Source of the DNA: Lama guanicoe
Taxonomy: Eukaryota
Length of the DNA stretch: 64,000 bases
Reading direction: 5' to 3'
Assembly: GCA_013239625.1 (NCBI GenBank)
Contig: MU053799.1
Span: 1 to 64,000 of the forward strand
The notes under the pieces were generated by a model that saw nothing but the letters and a program-made list of their open reading frames with translations, was not told where the DNA came from and did no database searches. Made by a program: the position numbers and the translations under genes. Shown here in pieces: positions 1 through 12,923 of this stretch (positions are counted from its first letter, which is position 1; each line of letters begins with the position of its first letter).

Positions 1-1239
1 CTGGGGCTCAGGTCCAAATTCTGTCCAGCAGCTGTGAGACTCAGGAATCAAGCACCATCAAGACAACCTTCCCTGTTGACCTTGCTGATACCAGGCTGGA
101 AAGTAACTTCCTGCACTGCGACCTCAGCAGGGTTCCCAGCAGCGCTGGGCAGAGACATGGGGTCACAGCCCAACCTCTCAGAAGTGGACTGGGCCTTGTC
201 GTCCCGTGGGGAGTGTCTGGGTGTCCAGGGTGACGAGCCTCCATCCCATCAGAACATCCAGCCTGAGTGAGGCGGGCCGTCAGTGTGGTCAGCTGTCCAG
301 TTCTCCACCCAGGATTCTGGCAGCCCAGGGGTAGCTGGGCTTCCTCCCCATCCCTCAGTGTGAGACTGAACGAGGGAGACAAGGCAGCCTAGTCTGCACT
401 TCTGTCCCCCTGCTGGGGACATTGAGGCCAGAGAGGACTGAACTATGACCCTGCATGGCTTAGCAGGACTGTGCCCGGTTTGGGGGCAGCGGTGGACACC
501 GCAGTGCCCCTCCCTCTCTGGTGTCCCTGAGGCCATGGAGCCCAGCGGGCGAAGCACCTGCCCTCTGCAGCAAAGCAGCCCCTCTCAGCTTGGGTTCCAT
601 CCCTGGGTCAGCAGGTGCTGGTCCCCATGCCCCCAGGATGCAAAGTAGCTAGCGACCGTAGCTGCCCCACGGTCCCCAGGATGGAGTCAGCAGCACAGAG
701 CAGTGGGGTCAGGGCACCCCTTTGCTGGGACAGTGGCAGTGAACACACCGCTGACCTTCTGCTGCAGGATGATCCCTGACCAATGATGACTAAATGGTCT
801 CAGAGTTTCTTGACGGCACCTCCCCAAAATCCAGGTTCCATTAATAATGTCACTTGTCATATCAAGAGCTGTGAAAATAAATATCGATGTGAAAACAGAT
901 TCCATTGGCACCAATACTGAGATGACTCAATGATGACATATATTTAGGGAACAACATCAGACCCTCGGATGAGCAGGTAGAGACACTGGGAACAAACGGA
1001 GCCTGAGGTGAACCGAGACAGAAATAGAACCAGGAGAACAAAGTGGATGGAAACAGAGACCTGAAATACAACAGAGGAAAATAAAAAAGAAATCTTTCTG
1101 CAGGGGCTCAAAGACATGTATTGCGCATTATTATTTCATTTCCTTATTTGATTATTGACTGATTGATTATTCCTTGAAAAGAAAAAAGGGCTGCCATCCC
1201 TTCTGCGTCATTTTCACCACCATGAACATTCAGAGGGCG

Positions 1240-1255
1240 TCACCAGGGGGCGCTG
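1240..1255 (+). promoter_or_regulatory. CTCF-like motif
   Basis: TCACCAGGGGGCGCTG matches the CTCF core CCACCAGGGGGCGC; identical copy at 28437, degraded copy at 15461. Confidence 0.65.
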
Positions 1256-2254
1256 TGGGTCTGCTCAGAAACTGCCAAACCTGAAGTGCATTCAGGCTCC
1301 CAATGTAGGGGCCCTGCATCTGGGGCTCAATGACAGGAGCTGGATGTGGGAGCAGGTGTTTCCTCTCATGGGACAAAGCCTGAGTCCCGATCTCTGCAGG
1401 CCCCGCCTACGCTTCGAGCTGCCACCTTGGGGTAGGACCCAACAGTGTATGGTGTGTGGGCTCTTGTCCCCATCTGGCCCCAACCCCTTCCCCAGGAGCA
1501 GAGGAAGAAGAGGGGGGACCCTGGGGACAAGCCCCGCCCTCCTTTCAGCCTCCGTGGTTTCTCTTCTGTCTTTTCTATGAGCTCCCCGACTCCCCTTCCC
1601 TCTGAATCATGTCTTAACTCCCAAACCCCGGCTCCCCCTCATCCTACAACCCTCCACCTAGTGACCTCTCTGGTCATTCCCAAGGACACTGTCAGAAGCT
1701 GGTGACTTCTTCCCAAATCTTCTAGGACCTGGACACTCACTCCCTCTTCCTCAACCTGGAACCTCTCAGATCCATCCCTTCCCAAAGGGTTCATGTCTCC
1801 AGACACTCAGGTTTCACCCCTGCTTACCCTTCCGCTCCCCCAGGTCCCCCATTTCCCAGGGGATCCAGTAATTCCCTCTAGAAGCTAATGGGTCTCCCCA
1901 GATACCTTTCAATCATACGCTTTGCCTATCAGATGAAGAGTCTCTTGGGAAGGGAATCTCGGCTTCCTGGGGACCTGGGAAGGGAGTTCCTGGCTGAACT
2001 GTCTCTGTCCTCAGCTCTTGTACCATTGATTTTATGCGGAGTGAGCACAGGAGACATTGGGACCTCCTGGCTGGGACACCAGACACCTGTCCCACGTCTC
2101 TGCTCAGTGGTCCCTGGCCAGCCAGCGGTGTCCTCTCGGGGACCCTGGAGAGCCTTGGGCTAGGCCAGCTTTGCTACCCTAATGAGATGCGACACTGGAC
2201 ATGGGGACACTCAGGGTCCCAGGACGGGCTGGGTTCAGCCCAAGATAGGAGCTA

Positions 2255-2295
2255 ATTTGCATGAAGGGCCCTTGGTCCTGGGGTGAGGGTATAAG
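2255..2295 (+). promoter_or_regulatory. Ig V promoter: octamer plus TATA-like box
   Basis: ATTTGCAT at 2255-2262 and TATAAG at 2290-2295, upstream of the leader ATG at 2343. Confidence 0.85.
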
Positions 2296-2342
2296 AGAGC
2301 CGGGCAGCGGCGGCCTCAGCAGAGCTCTGGGGTGCCTGCACA

Positions 2343-2817
2343 ATGGCCTGGACTCTGCTCCACCTCATCCCCCTCCTCCTCCAGTGCACAGGTCAGGACT
2401 CCCTCACAACCCTGACTTCCAACTCCCTACCCCCCTGCCACACCCACAGGGAACGTCCCCACTTGTCCTTCACTGGGACATAACTCGTGTCTGTGTTTCC
2501 AGGCTCCTTTTCCCAGCCTGTGCTGTCGCAGCCACCCTCTGCATCTGCCTCCCTGGGAGCCTCGGCCAAGCTCACCTGCACCCGAGCAGTGGCTACAGCA
2601 GCTACAGTGTGGACTGGTACCAGCAGGTCCCAGGGAAAAGCCCATGGTTCCTGATGCGAGTTGGCAGCAGTGGTGTTGGATCCAAGGGGAGTGGGGTCTC
2701 CGATCGGTTCTCAGGCTCAAGTTCTGGTTTGGAGCGCTACCTGACCATCCAGAACGTCCAGGAGGAGGACGAGGCTGAATATATCTGTGGGGCAGACCAT
2801 GGCAGCTACATGTAACC
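2343..2817 (+). pseudogene. IGLV9: IGLV9-like V segment with a 1-nt frameshift in FR1 (pseudogene or base error)
   Basis: Leader exon 2343-2391 ([17 protein letters not shown]), GT-AG intron 2392-2502, V exon from 2503 ([23 protein letters not shown]). ACCCGAGC near 2583 lacks the T seen in the paralogue (ACCCTGAGC). The shifted frame gives [14 protein letters not shown]...[17 protein letters not shown]. Confidence 0.9.
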
Positions 2818-2855
2818 CACAGTGACACGGGCAGAGGAGAAGTGACACAAAAACC
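2818..2855 (+). other. V recombination signal sequence (22-nt spacer)
   Basis: CACAGTG 2818-2824, 22 nt, ACAAAAACC 2847-2855. Confidence 0.9.
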
Positions 2856-4154
2856 CAGCTGACAACACAGCCTCACCCCTCCCACTACCTGATCCACAGT
2901 TCAGGGGGCGCCTGCTGATCTCCTCCTTCCTAGGGATTTTCATAACTCAGCCCCTGTCAGTGAGGACGGTCTGTCTGTGCATGACATGCCTGGTCTCGGT
3001 CCACAGCGAATGTTCCCCTGGGTTGGAAATCAGAAGCCAATCTGGGCTGAATTCCAGTGAAATACATCCAGCCCTGAACTTCAAAGCTACAAAACAGCAT
3101 ACCTGGTGTCCTTCCCTTTGGCAGTCAGTATGACATTCAATTTGCTGCACAACCGGGAAAGTAACACACAGATGAATCCAAGTGAGTCCGGTTTGATGCA
3201 CTGCTTGAATGTACAGGAGTTTGGAACATGGAGCAAGGGCGTCTCCTAAAGAGAGTCCCAGGGATGCTGGTGCTGGGGTGTGTGCTAACGTCATGGGTGA
3301 GGGGGTAGAAGGAGAGGTGAGAGGAGGGGAGATTGAAGGAGGGGAGCCATCCTGATGAGGGCTGATGGGGAATGAAGTTGCAGGAGGCCCCTTAGTCTAT
3401 TACCATGGATTTCTGTAACGTCAATGATTTCCACGAGACAGACATGTGAACAAGAAAACCTCCACCCCTGTGTGTTGTGATGTGTGCTTCCCCCGGGTTA
3501 ACAGATCACCAAAGTTGCCTGAATGTGTGTTTCCACCTTGATATCAACTTGAAGCCCATCTCCTCCCAGTAGACAGAGGGGACTGGTGTGATGTTGGGAA
3601 AGGGCAGGAGCTCAGGTGTCACTGACAGTTGAGGGAGGGAGGGGGCCCAGAGTGAGGGGAGGGGCCGTGGGTGGTTGTGGAGTGTGTGGGGCCAGATCAG
3701 GAAGGAAACGTGTGGGGCTGAGGGGTTGGGATTTCATGCAAACAGCAGTGAGGAGTCATTGAAGGGTTAAAGGCAGAGCTGTCTTGAGCTGAAGGAGGAT
3801 TTTTCTTGTTGTCAGAGGAGAAGCAGGTGGTCCTGGTTACAGGACACTTACTGAGAGCCTGTGAGTCCAGATGATCATGGAGCATTTGCACAACCTAAGC
3901 AAATTTGGAAGCAGGATTTGGTGAAAACCTGACGGTTTCTTCATTCAACAGGCACACACTGCGTTTCTACTGATCTAAATCAATGAGCAAGAGAATCCAG
4001 GTGTGGAGATTTTTGTTTATAATACAAATTGTAGAATCTCTAAGACAGGGTCCTCACAAGAAATATGTGATACCACTGTTGAAAAAAACTCCATCTCAGG
4101 AACACAATCCTCACACATGACGAATAGATCACAAGTAGCCCTGATATATTAATA

Positions 4155-4615
4155 TGATAGAATACTACTTAGCCATGAAAAAGAATAAAATAATGCCATT
4201 TGCAGCAACTTGGATAGACCTGAATTATGTATTTCTGAGGGAAGTAAGCCATAAAGGGAAAGATATCATATCACTCATATGTGGAATCTAAAGAAAGAAA
4301 AAAGAAGACACTAACGAGTTTAATTATAAAACAGAAATGACTCACAGAGAAAACAAACTTATGGTTTCCAGGGGGAAACATGGTAGGAAGGAAAAAATTG
4401 GGAGTTTGAGGTTTGCAAATATTAACTACTGTCTATAAAATAGATACACAACTTTTTTGTGTAGAGCACTGGGAACTAGATTCAATATCTTAAAGTAACC
4501 TATAGTGAAAAAGAGTATGAAAACAAATACATGTATGTGTGTATGACTGAAACATTATGCTGTGCGCCCAACACTGACACGTTGTAAACTGAGTATTCTT
4601 CAACAAAAAGGAAGG
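4155..4615 (+). mobile_element. LINE-1 3' fragment
   Basis: Typical L1 3' text (AAAAAGAATAAAATAATGCCATTTGCAGCAAC...ATATCACTCATATGTGGAATCTAAA) ending in an A-rich tail; paralogue at about 17615. Confidence 0.75.
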
Positions 4616-5387
4616 AAATTCATGACATGTGCACTACTAAATGGTATGCTTCCCGAACTAAGTCATTTCCACAAATCACGCTAAACCCCTTCAAAATTCT
4701 GAAAGCATTTCATGAGTTTTGAAATGGCTGCTGTTTCCAGGTTTCAGATCTGACCTTTTGCTTCTTCATGGAAAATCCAAATCTAAACCCTTTCCTGCAA
4801 TAGCCCTTCATGTCCTTCAGACCAACTCACTGTCCCCTTGTCACTGGTGCACACGTGGGTCAGTTAGCTTTTCTTGACTGCACTCTGGGACGGAGCTGTA
4901 ACCTTTAATGGCTCCATTTGCACAGCGTTGCAGCTTCCATGGACCAGGACTTCCATTTGGAAATGAAAACACTTTATCAGATGTGACTCAGCATAAATGA
5001 AAAACAGAATCTGGGAGCCGATTGTGGACCTGTGATTGGAGACAAGGTGAGCTTCCCAACCAGCTGGGCCCTCAGGTCTCTGATCCTCGGCGAAGCTGTG
5101 CCCCGTGACCAGCAGGGAATGCTGTGGGCCTGCCCTGTGGTCCCTACACAGCTGCTCAGGAGGGATATGAGCCTGGGGTGAGGCCTGTGCTAGTGATGGG
5201 GACACAGCATTGTGTCCTCCCTGGCTGGCAAAGTCCCCTTAGCAGGGACCCCTGTAGTCTATCAGGTGCTTCCCCCCAGGGTCTCCCAACCGGGAGGCCA
5301 CCATCCATCCACACCGAGTCTGGGCTATGAGCTGAGCTCCAGCACCAGGGCTCAGGGAGGGGCTGGGCGGTCCCTGGGAGGACACTC

Positions 5388-5395
5388 ATTTGCAT
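5388..5395 (+). promoter_or_regulatory. Octamer motif of IGLV promoter
   Basis: ATTTGCAT about 90 nt upstream of the ATG at 5485. Confidence 0.85.
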
Positions 5396-5484
5396 GGGCC
5401 GCACCTCCACTGGCAGAGGCTGGCAAGAGAAGGAGGCCCAAGGCAGCCCAGCCCCAGTGTGGGGACCAGGGGACTGTGAGCACC

Positions 5485-5973
5485 ATGGCCTGGACTCCTC
5501 TCCTGCTCCTGCTCCTCTCTCACTGCACAGGTAGGGACGGGCCTCAGGGACTGGGTCTCAGTTCCCCACCTGCAGCAGCCCCTGTGGCTCAGACTCTAGG
5601 AATGTTTCCTGCAGATCCCGCACCATCTGCCCTGAGTCTGTGTTTTCAGTGTCCCTCTCCCAGCTTGTGGAGACTCAGCTGTCTTTTGTCTCTGAGTTTC
5701 CAGGAGCATCATCCATACTCACCTGCACCCTTACCAGTGGAAACAGTGTTGGCAGCCACTACATATCCTGGAACCAGCAGAAGGCAGGGAGCCCTCCCCG
5801 GTACCTCCTGTACTACTACTCAGACTCATATAAACACCAGGGTTCCGGGGTCCAGAGCTGCTTCTCTGGGTCCAAGGATGCCTCGGCCAATGCAGGGCTT
5901 CTACTCATCTCTGGGCTGCAGCCCGAGGACGAGGCTATTACTGCTCTGCATATAAGAGCAGCTCGTACACTCA
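5485..5973 (+). pseudogene. IGLV5: IGLV5-like pseudogene
   Basis: Leader 5485-5530 ([15 protein letters not shown]), intron 5531-5649, V exon from 5650 with degenerate FR1. A 4-nt deletion (GAGGCT[GACT]ATTACTGC near 5936) shifts the frame before the second Cys. Confidence 0.9.
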
Positions 5974-6012
5974 CACGGTGCCCTAGCCCCACAGGGAAGT
6001 GAGACTAGAACT
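5974..6012 (+). other. V RSS, degenerate (23-nt spacer)
   Basis: CACGGTG, 23 nt, ACTAGAACT. Confidence 0.8.
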
Positions 6013-6516
6013 TCCCTTGAGCACTCCCCTCTGGAACTGTCACAGCCTGCAGACACCGGGACACCACAGGGCTCAAGGACCACAGCTCCAGTGAGGGAGC
6101 AGGAAGAGGGGAGCTGTGTGCTCCCCCAACCCTGGTCTTTCGGGACCCGCAGACTCATGGTGGTGAGGCATGTCCTCCGTCTCGGTCCTGCAGGAAAGAC
6201 AGGGGACAGGTGTCTCCCTGTCAACAAGATCTGGTCTCCTATTATGGGGAGGGGCTCACAGAGCAGGTCTGCCCTGAAGTCCTCCTTTCTGCCTGGAGGA
6301 AATCCTGCCACACGGTGTCGCCTTCCTGACAATGGCCTCCTGAGCTCCAGGCTCCAGACCGCGGAGGGGCTTCCAGAAAAGCAGCCCCAGGGATGGGTTT
6401 GCTGGAAGAACCAGCCTCAGAGGGGAGAAGCCACCAGAGGGACAGGGGCCACTGAGGCTCAGGTTCGACTTTGAGGGAACCAGTCCCCGAGGACACATGG
6501 GGCACAATATTTCCAT

Positions 6517-6783
6517 CACACACACACATATACATACACACATACAAATACAGAAACATACACACTCATAAACACATGCACACCTACATACACATACATT
6601 TACACACACATACATACATACGTACAACACAACATTGACATATACACAAATATCCATTTTGTATGTATGTGTATATGTGTGTACAAAAATACACACACAT
6701 AGATACCTTCCAATATACATATACACACATACACACATACCTACACATACATACACACACACAAACACACAGACACACACACA
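6517..6783. repeat. Compound (CA)n/(CATA)n low-complexity microsatellite
   Basis: Imperfect CA/TA dinucleotide run; produces spurious CV/HT-repeat ORFs. Confidence 0.9.
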
Positions 6784-6911
6784 GAGTTCTGGACTCCGCA
6801 GTGTTCTGGCTTGTCTGTCCCTGCAGAAATCAGGGAGCAGTCAGTGCTCACCCCACAGTCCTCAGAGTCAGGATCGGCAGGAGGCAGAACCTCCCTGTGC
6901 AGAGACACCAG

Positions 6912-7597
6912 TGACAGTGACATACAGCAGGTCCTGGTGTCACAGCAGGCAGATTGCTAGATATGAGCAGAGAAAGGGGGTCACAGTAAAAAAGGCAGGA
7001 ATTGGGCAGAAAGGAGGGGCACAGGCCAAAGGCAGGAAACCATACATCAGGTAAGCACCAGGGGTCCCTGGGCATTGGAAGAAAAGCAGGAACCTTTGGG
7101 CTGATAAGTGGTCACAGCTTTTGGGGTGATGAGTGAGTGGCCTGGAGAATGACAAAAAAATGGTCAGAAAAGGCAGCAATTTCCAATGTCCAAATGTAAC
7201 CATTTGCTCATTCTGCCCTCATTTCAAAAAAATTGGCCTTGCAGATCAGAAGTACCCATCGTGCACCAACGCCATGACATTTCCCACCCAGACTAAATAA
7301 GATCACAAGTCCCTCCTCACTATGGGAATGTGGAGCTGGGATGATAATCAGGAAACAAGGCCCCAAACCCTTCCCTCCCCAATGAATATTCCTCCTATTC
7401 ATTTTCACACCCTGTGTAATAACTTGCCAAGAAACACAGGTCATCCGCTCAACTGAGCCTGCTGCTCTCTCCTTGACAGTGTAGTACCCATCCTTTAATA
7501 AATCTTCACTTTACTTTTTTAACCACTATGTCTTGTCTCTCAATTCTTTCTGTGATGGGACAAGAAGCTGGAACGCCGGTAACATCCACCGGCAACA
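6912..7597 (+). mobile_element. ERV solo LTR (ERV1-like)
   Basis: Starts TG at 6912 and ends CA at 7597, flanked by 4-bp direct repeat CCAG (6908-6911, 7598-7601); AATAAA at 7497-7502 followed by U5-like sequence. Confidence 0.7.
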
Positions 7598-8498
7598 CCA
7601 GTGTCGGGGACGGCCAGGACAGCCCGGGACCGCCTGCTCTGCTGGGGTGACTCTGATGCTCTGGGTCCCAGGGTGAGTCTCTCCTCCCAGCTGGCAGCTC
7701 AGACCTGTGACTGCCTTTGGGTCCAGACAATGCACGAGGCCGCTCGGAGCATCTCTTCAGGGACAGCCACTTCTGAGCGGTGTGGGGACCTGACACACAC
7801 CCTCCCCTGCACTCTCAAGGCTGGGCTGTCCCTCCCTCGGGCACCACCCGTGACACCTTCACCCAGGCAGACCTCTGCTCACACGTCCCCTGTCCCAGCC
7901 CAGAGTCAGAGGGCTGTCACCTCAGGGACCCGGCACCATTGTCTGTACTTCCCCAAACTCAGACCTGGGACACTGACGTGACTTCTGGGTCCTGTGGGCT
8001 GTGAGTAACAGGAATTCATCCTCCAGTGTCAGGCATCTGTAGGTATGGTGTCTCCATCCTGAGTTACTGTACACAGAGTAGGTGTCACAGAGAAGATTGA
8101 ACTTGACTGTATGTTGGGTCTGTCCTCTTATGTCCAATCTACATTCTCTGTCTTGCAGACCCAGCACCTTTGAAAAGGAATGTGGCCCAAAGCTACAAAT
8201 GAAAATCTTAGCCCTTTCTCAAAGCTCTGCTTGCCAGGCTGGACCTTTAAGGACAATGCTTTTCATTCCCATGGAGATGAGAAGTTGCAGAGCAGAGAAT
8301 CACATGTGTCTTGTGGGACCATTGCAGCACCATTGTGACCAGACCCACCTGGACAGCTGCGCAAACACAGGATTATCGCAGCCCAGCTGGGGCCTGGCCG
8401 ACAACGAGAATCCGGCAACCACAGCCATTCCAGTCCCCTTGTGGCAAAAAAGAAGCCTGAATTCTAACTCGGGTAAGTGGTCCTTTGGGGCCCTCATT

Positions 8499-11400
8499 CA
8501 ACATCTCCACCTGCTGGCTTTCCAAATACAGTCGCTATGCTTTGCCCCAAGGCTGTCTTCCCCACTTATTGGCCTGTCATTTGCACACAGCTGGGGCCGC
8601 GGTACCAGCATCTTTGTGCATCACCTCTCAGTGTGCAGGGGCCTGGGGGCCTGGCTGCCTCCACTTAGATTTTAAGGGAGAAGCCCCAGGCCCAGGCAGG
8701 GAGCCTCTGTGCGGGGGAGGCCTGAGCAGAGCAGCTGCAGGACCTCCCGCTGAGCTGTGGGTGACAGTGCCACCCCAGTGGGCCTGGGGTCTGAGGATCA
8801 AGCAAAGAGAATTACTCTCAGCCAGGGGGGTTTATTCTGCTCAGAGCTCTGACCACACACTTGTCTCGGGGAGTCATGGCCCAGGTCATGTCCAGGCAAG
8901 ACAGACAGCCTCACGTCAGGAACAAATCTGCAAATAAAAATCACATGCAATGTTCCCAGGACATAGTAAAGGGACAGCTGGGGACGGGAGGGTCAGAATT
9001 CCAACAATTGGACTCTGCAAGATGAGCTCTGAGGCATCCCTGTCAGGGTCCTGATCCCTGTCCCACCCCCTCACTCACGGGACAGAATTTCCTTTAGGGC
9101 CGAAGAGGAAGATGGGAAGGGTGAGCCTCTGCCCTGCTCTGTTCTTATGCTGTGTGCACAGGGGATCGGTGAACCCACTTTCTACCCCTTGTAACCCCCA
9201 CCTCTCCTCCAGGGTGTGAGAGTGTGTTGAGTCAGCCGCCCATAGTATCTGGGTCTCTTAATTATAGATGTAATACATAAAATTTTGTATATATCATAAA
9301 AATGTGTAGTAAATTAAATTCACATATTTATTAAAACAATGTTATGTATCTACATAAATTACATGCATTGTTTATATGTGTAATATTTCAAAATTAATAG
9401 ATTTACTAAAATATACTGTATATCATATATATACATTTAACAGTGTATTTTATATAACTATATATAAGATATGGTTTATCATAGTTTACAGTGTTAAATA
9501 AAATATATACTATATAATGGATAGATATAGAAATATTTTCTATTATATGTTACATATTGCCCATTCTATATTACATGTTAATAATTGCACATTTTGTGTA
9601 TATTAATAACTGCTTGTCATGGGGGCTCCCATTCTTTCTGCAACCTTCTCTCCCTGATTACAGGGTCCTTGGTCAGATTGTGCTACACCTTCCACCATGT
9701 CCCGAGTCTGCATCTCTCTTTGTGTGTGTGTGTGGTGGTGGGGTTCTCTGTGTGCATCTGAGAAATGAGTGAGCAGATATTTCTCTAGCACTAAGTCCAA
9801 GCTGGAAGGCATCGTGGTAGCATTCTAGGAAACACACAAAGAGCTCTTATTAGGACTTAAAATAGAAGGCACAGAGACCAATCTAATTTACTGGTTCTAG
9901 AAAACACAGGAAAATCTGCCCAACAGAAGCCACATCAAATTTGAAAATTTTGGCTCAAGGTTATTTTTGCACAGAGACAGAAAAGTTCCTCAAAGTCAGA
10001 GTTGAATCCAGCAGATATCAAGAAAAATTCTCCAGGACCCCAGAGATGATTTGGGCTGAGGCCAGGGTCTCTGGGGAGTCCCTGCGAGGGGGAGAACATG
10101 CACTGTGGATGGAGAGCAGATGTGAAGAGGTCTTAAACAACAGGGCAGATGCCCCTTTGAGGGAGAGAGACGCGGAGGTTTCAGCACGGATCCCTGACCC
10201 TCTGCAGGAGGAGAAGATGCCATCACTGGACACCACTGGTGCTCTAGTTGGTGGTGGCAGTGGCATCAGCCTGGTCTTTCACATCCAAGGAGCCCAGCCC
10301 AGAGAAAGCTCTTACCTGTCTGGCAGCATCACCCAAAGCCACCAGGGGAAGCTGTTCTCTGCTCCTCCCTCACTGTGCTGGGCTCCTGGCCCCAGGGTCC
10401 TCTGCCATATGCCATCTGCAATCCCTCAAGCCAGTGCTTTCTCCTCATTGCTACCCACACCTTCCCACAAGGAAAGCATTGAGTTCCGCTCTGGTGCCTT
10501 GAGGATACTCCAGACAATTTAGAAAGTTGGCTGAGGGCTCCCTCCAGCAGTCAGGAATCCCTGCTGGCAACTGTAGATAATTCCAGTTTTGTTTTATTAG
10601 ACAGTGCAAGCTGTCATAATTTCATGCTGACTTTGTCATCTTTTCTCCTGAAACCTTCAGTTAAACTGAAGAGCCTCCATAGAATAGATCATTCTTCAAA
10701 AAAAGGGGAATCCAACATCTTGACCTGCTGGCTTTCCAAATACAGTCGCTTTGCTTTGCCCCAAGGCTGTCTTCCCCCCTTATTGGCCTGTCATTTGCAC
10801 ACAGTTGGGGCCACGGTACCAGCATCTTTGTGCATCACCTCTCAGTGTGCAGGGGCCTGGGGGCCTGGCTGCCTCCACTTAGATTTTAAGGGAGAAGCCC
10901 CAGGCCCAGGCAGGGAGCCTCTGTGCGGGGGAGGCCTGAGCAGAGCAGCTGCAGGACCTCCCGCTGAGCTGTGGGTGACAGTGCCACCCCAGTGGGCCTG
11001 GGGTCTGAGGATCAAGCAAAGAGAATTACTCTCAGCCAGGGGGGTTTATTCTGCTCAGAGCTCTGACCACACACTTGTCTCGGGGAGTCATGGCCCAGGT
11101 CATGTCCAGGCAAGACAGACAGCCTCACGTCAGGAACAAATCTGCAAATAAAAATCACATGCAATGTTCCCAGGACATAGTAAAGGGACAGCTGGGGACG
11201 GGAGGGTCAGAATTCCAACAATTGGACTCTGCAAGATGAGCTCTGAGGCATCCCTGTCAGGGTCCTGATCCCTGTCCCACCCCCTCACTCACGGGACAGA
11301 ATTTCCTTTAGGGCCGAAGAGGAAGATGGGAAGGGTGAGCCTCTGCCCTGCTCTGTTCTTATGCTGTGTGCACAGGGGATCGGTGAACCCACTTTCTACC

Positions 11401-12923
11401 CCTTGTAACCCCCACCTCTCCTCCAGGGTGTGAGAGTGTGTTGAGTCAGCCGCCCATAGTATCTGGGTCTCTTAATTATAGATGTAATACATAAAATTTT
11501 GTATATATCATAAAAATGTGTAGTAAATTAAATTCACATATTTATTAAAACAATGTTATGTATCTACATAAATTACATGCATTGTTTATATGTGTAATAT
11601 TTCAAAATTAATAGATTTACTAAAATATACTGTATATCATATATATACATTTAACAGTGTATTTTATATAACTATATATAAGATATGGTTTATCATAGTT
11701 TACAGTGTTAAATAAAATATATACTATATAATGGATAGATATAGAAATATTTTCTATTATATGTTACATATTGCCCATTCTATATTACATGTTAATAATT
11801 GCACATTTTGTGTATATTAATAACTGCTTGTCATGGGGGCTCCCATTCTTTCTGCAACCTTCTCTCCCTGATTACAGGGTCCTTGGTCAGATTGTGCTAC
11901 ACCTTCCACCATGTCCCGAGTCTGCATCTCTCTTTGTGTGTGTGTGTGGTGGTGGGGTTCTCTGTGTGCATCTGAGAAATGAGTGAGCAGATATTTCTCT
12001 AGCACTAAGTCCAAGCTGGAAGGCATCGTGGTAGCATTCTAGGAAACACACAAAGAGCTCTTATTAGGACTTAAAATAGAAGGCACAGAGACCAATCTAA
12101 TTTACTGGTTCTAGAAAACACAGGAAAATCTGCCCAACAGAAGCCACATCAAATTTGAAAATTTTGGCTCAAGGTTATTTTTGCACAGAGACAGAAAAGT
12201 TCCTCAAAGTCAGAGTTGAATCCAGCAGATATCAAGAAAAATTCTCCAGGACCCCAGAGATGATTTGGGCTGAGGCCAGGGTCTCTGGGGAGTCCCTGCG
12301 AGGGGGAGAACATGCACTGTGGATGGAGAGCAGATGTGAAGAGGTCTTAAACAACAGGGCAGATGCCCCTTTGAGGGAGAGAGACGCGGAGGTTTCAGCA
12401 CGGATCCCTGACCCTCTGCAGGAGGAGAAGATGCCATCACTGGACACCACTGGTGCTCTAGTTGGTGGTGGCAGTGGCATCAGCCTGGTCTTTCACATCC
12501 AAGGAGCCCAGCCCAGAGAAAGCTCTTACCTGTCTGGCAGCATCACCCAAAGCCACCAGGGGAAGCTGTTCTCTGCTCCTCCCTCACTGTGCTGGGCTCC
12601 TGGCCCCAGGGTCCTCTGCCATATGCCATCTGCAATCCCTCAAGCCAGTGCTTTCTCCTCATTGCTACCCACACCTTCCCACAAGGAAAGCATTGAGTTC
12701 CGCTCTGGTGCCTTGAGGATACTCCAGACAATTTAGAAAGTTGGCTGAGGGCTCCCTCCAGCAGTCAGGAATCCCTGCTGGCAACTGTAGATAATTCCAG
12801 TTTTGTTTTATTAGACAGTGCAAGCTGTCATAATTTCATGCTGACTTTGTCATCTTTTCTCCTGAAACCTTCAGTTAAACTGAAGAGCCTCCATAGAATA
12901 GATCATTCTTCAAAAAAAGGGGA
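8499..12923. repeat. Tandem duplication, period 2214 bp (about 8499-10709 and 10713-12923)
   Basis: ORF-track pairs offset by exactly 2214 (9557/11771, 9941/12155, 10329/12543) with identical translations; both copies include the AT-rich tract (about 9260-9610 and 11475-11825). Confidence 0.95.

Noticed and set aside
2261..2815. 184-aa ORF running from the octamer ATG through the intron into the V9 frame
   Set aside because: The ATG lies inside the octamer, upstream of the TATA box and expected TSS; the frame continuity results from the frameshift
6242..7054. CV/HT-rich ORFs
   Set aside because: Translations of the CA microsatellite
8082..12736. 150-197 aa ORFs in and around the tandem duplication
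   Set aside because: No recognisable domain or splice context; they recur only because the DNA is duplicated
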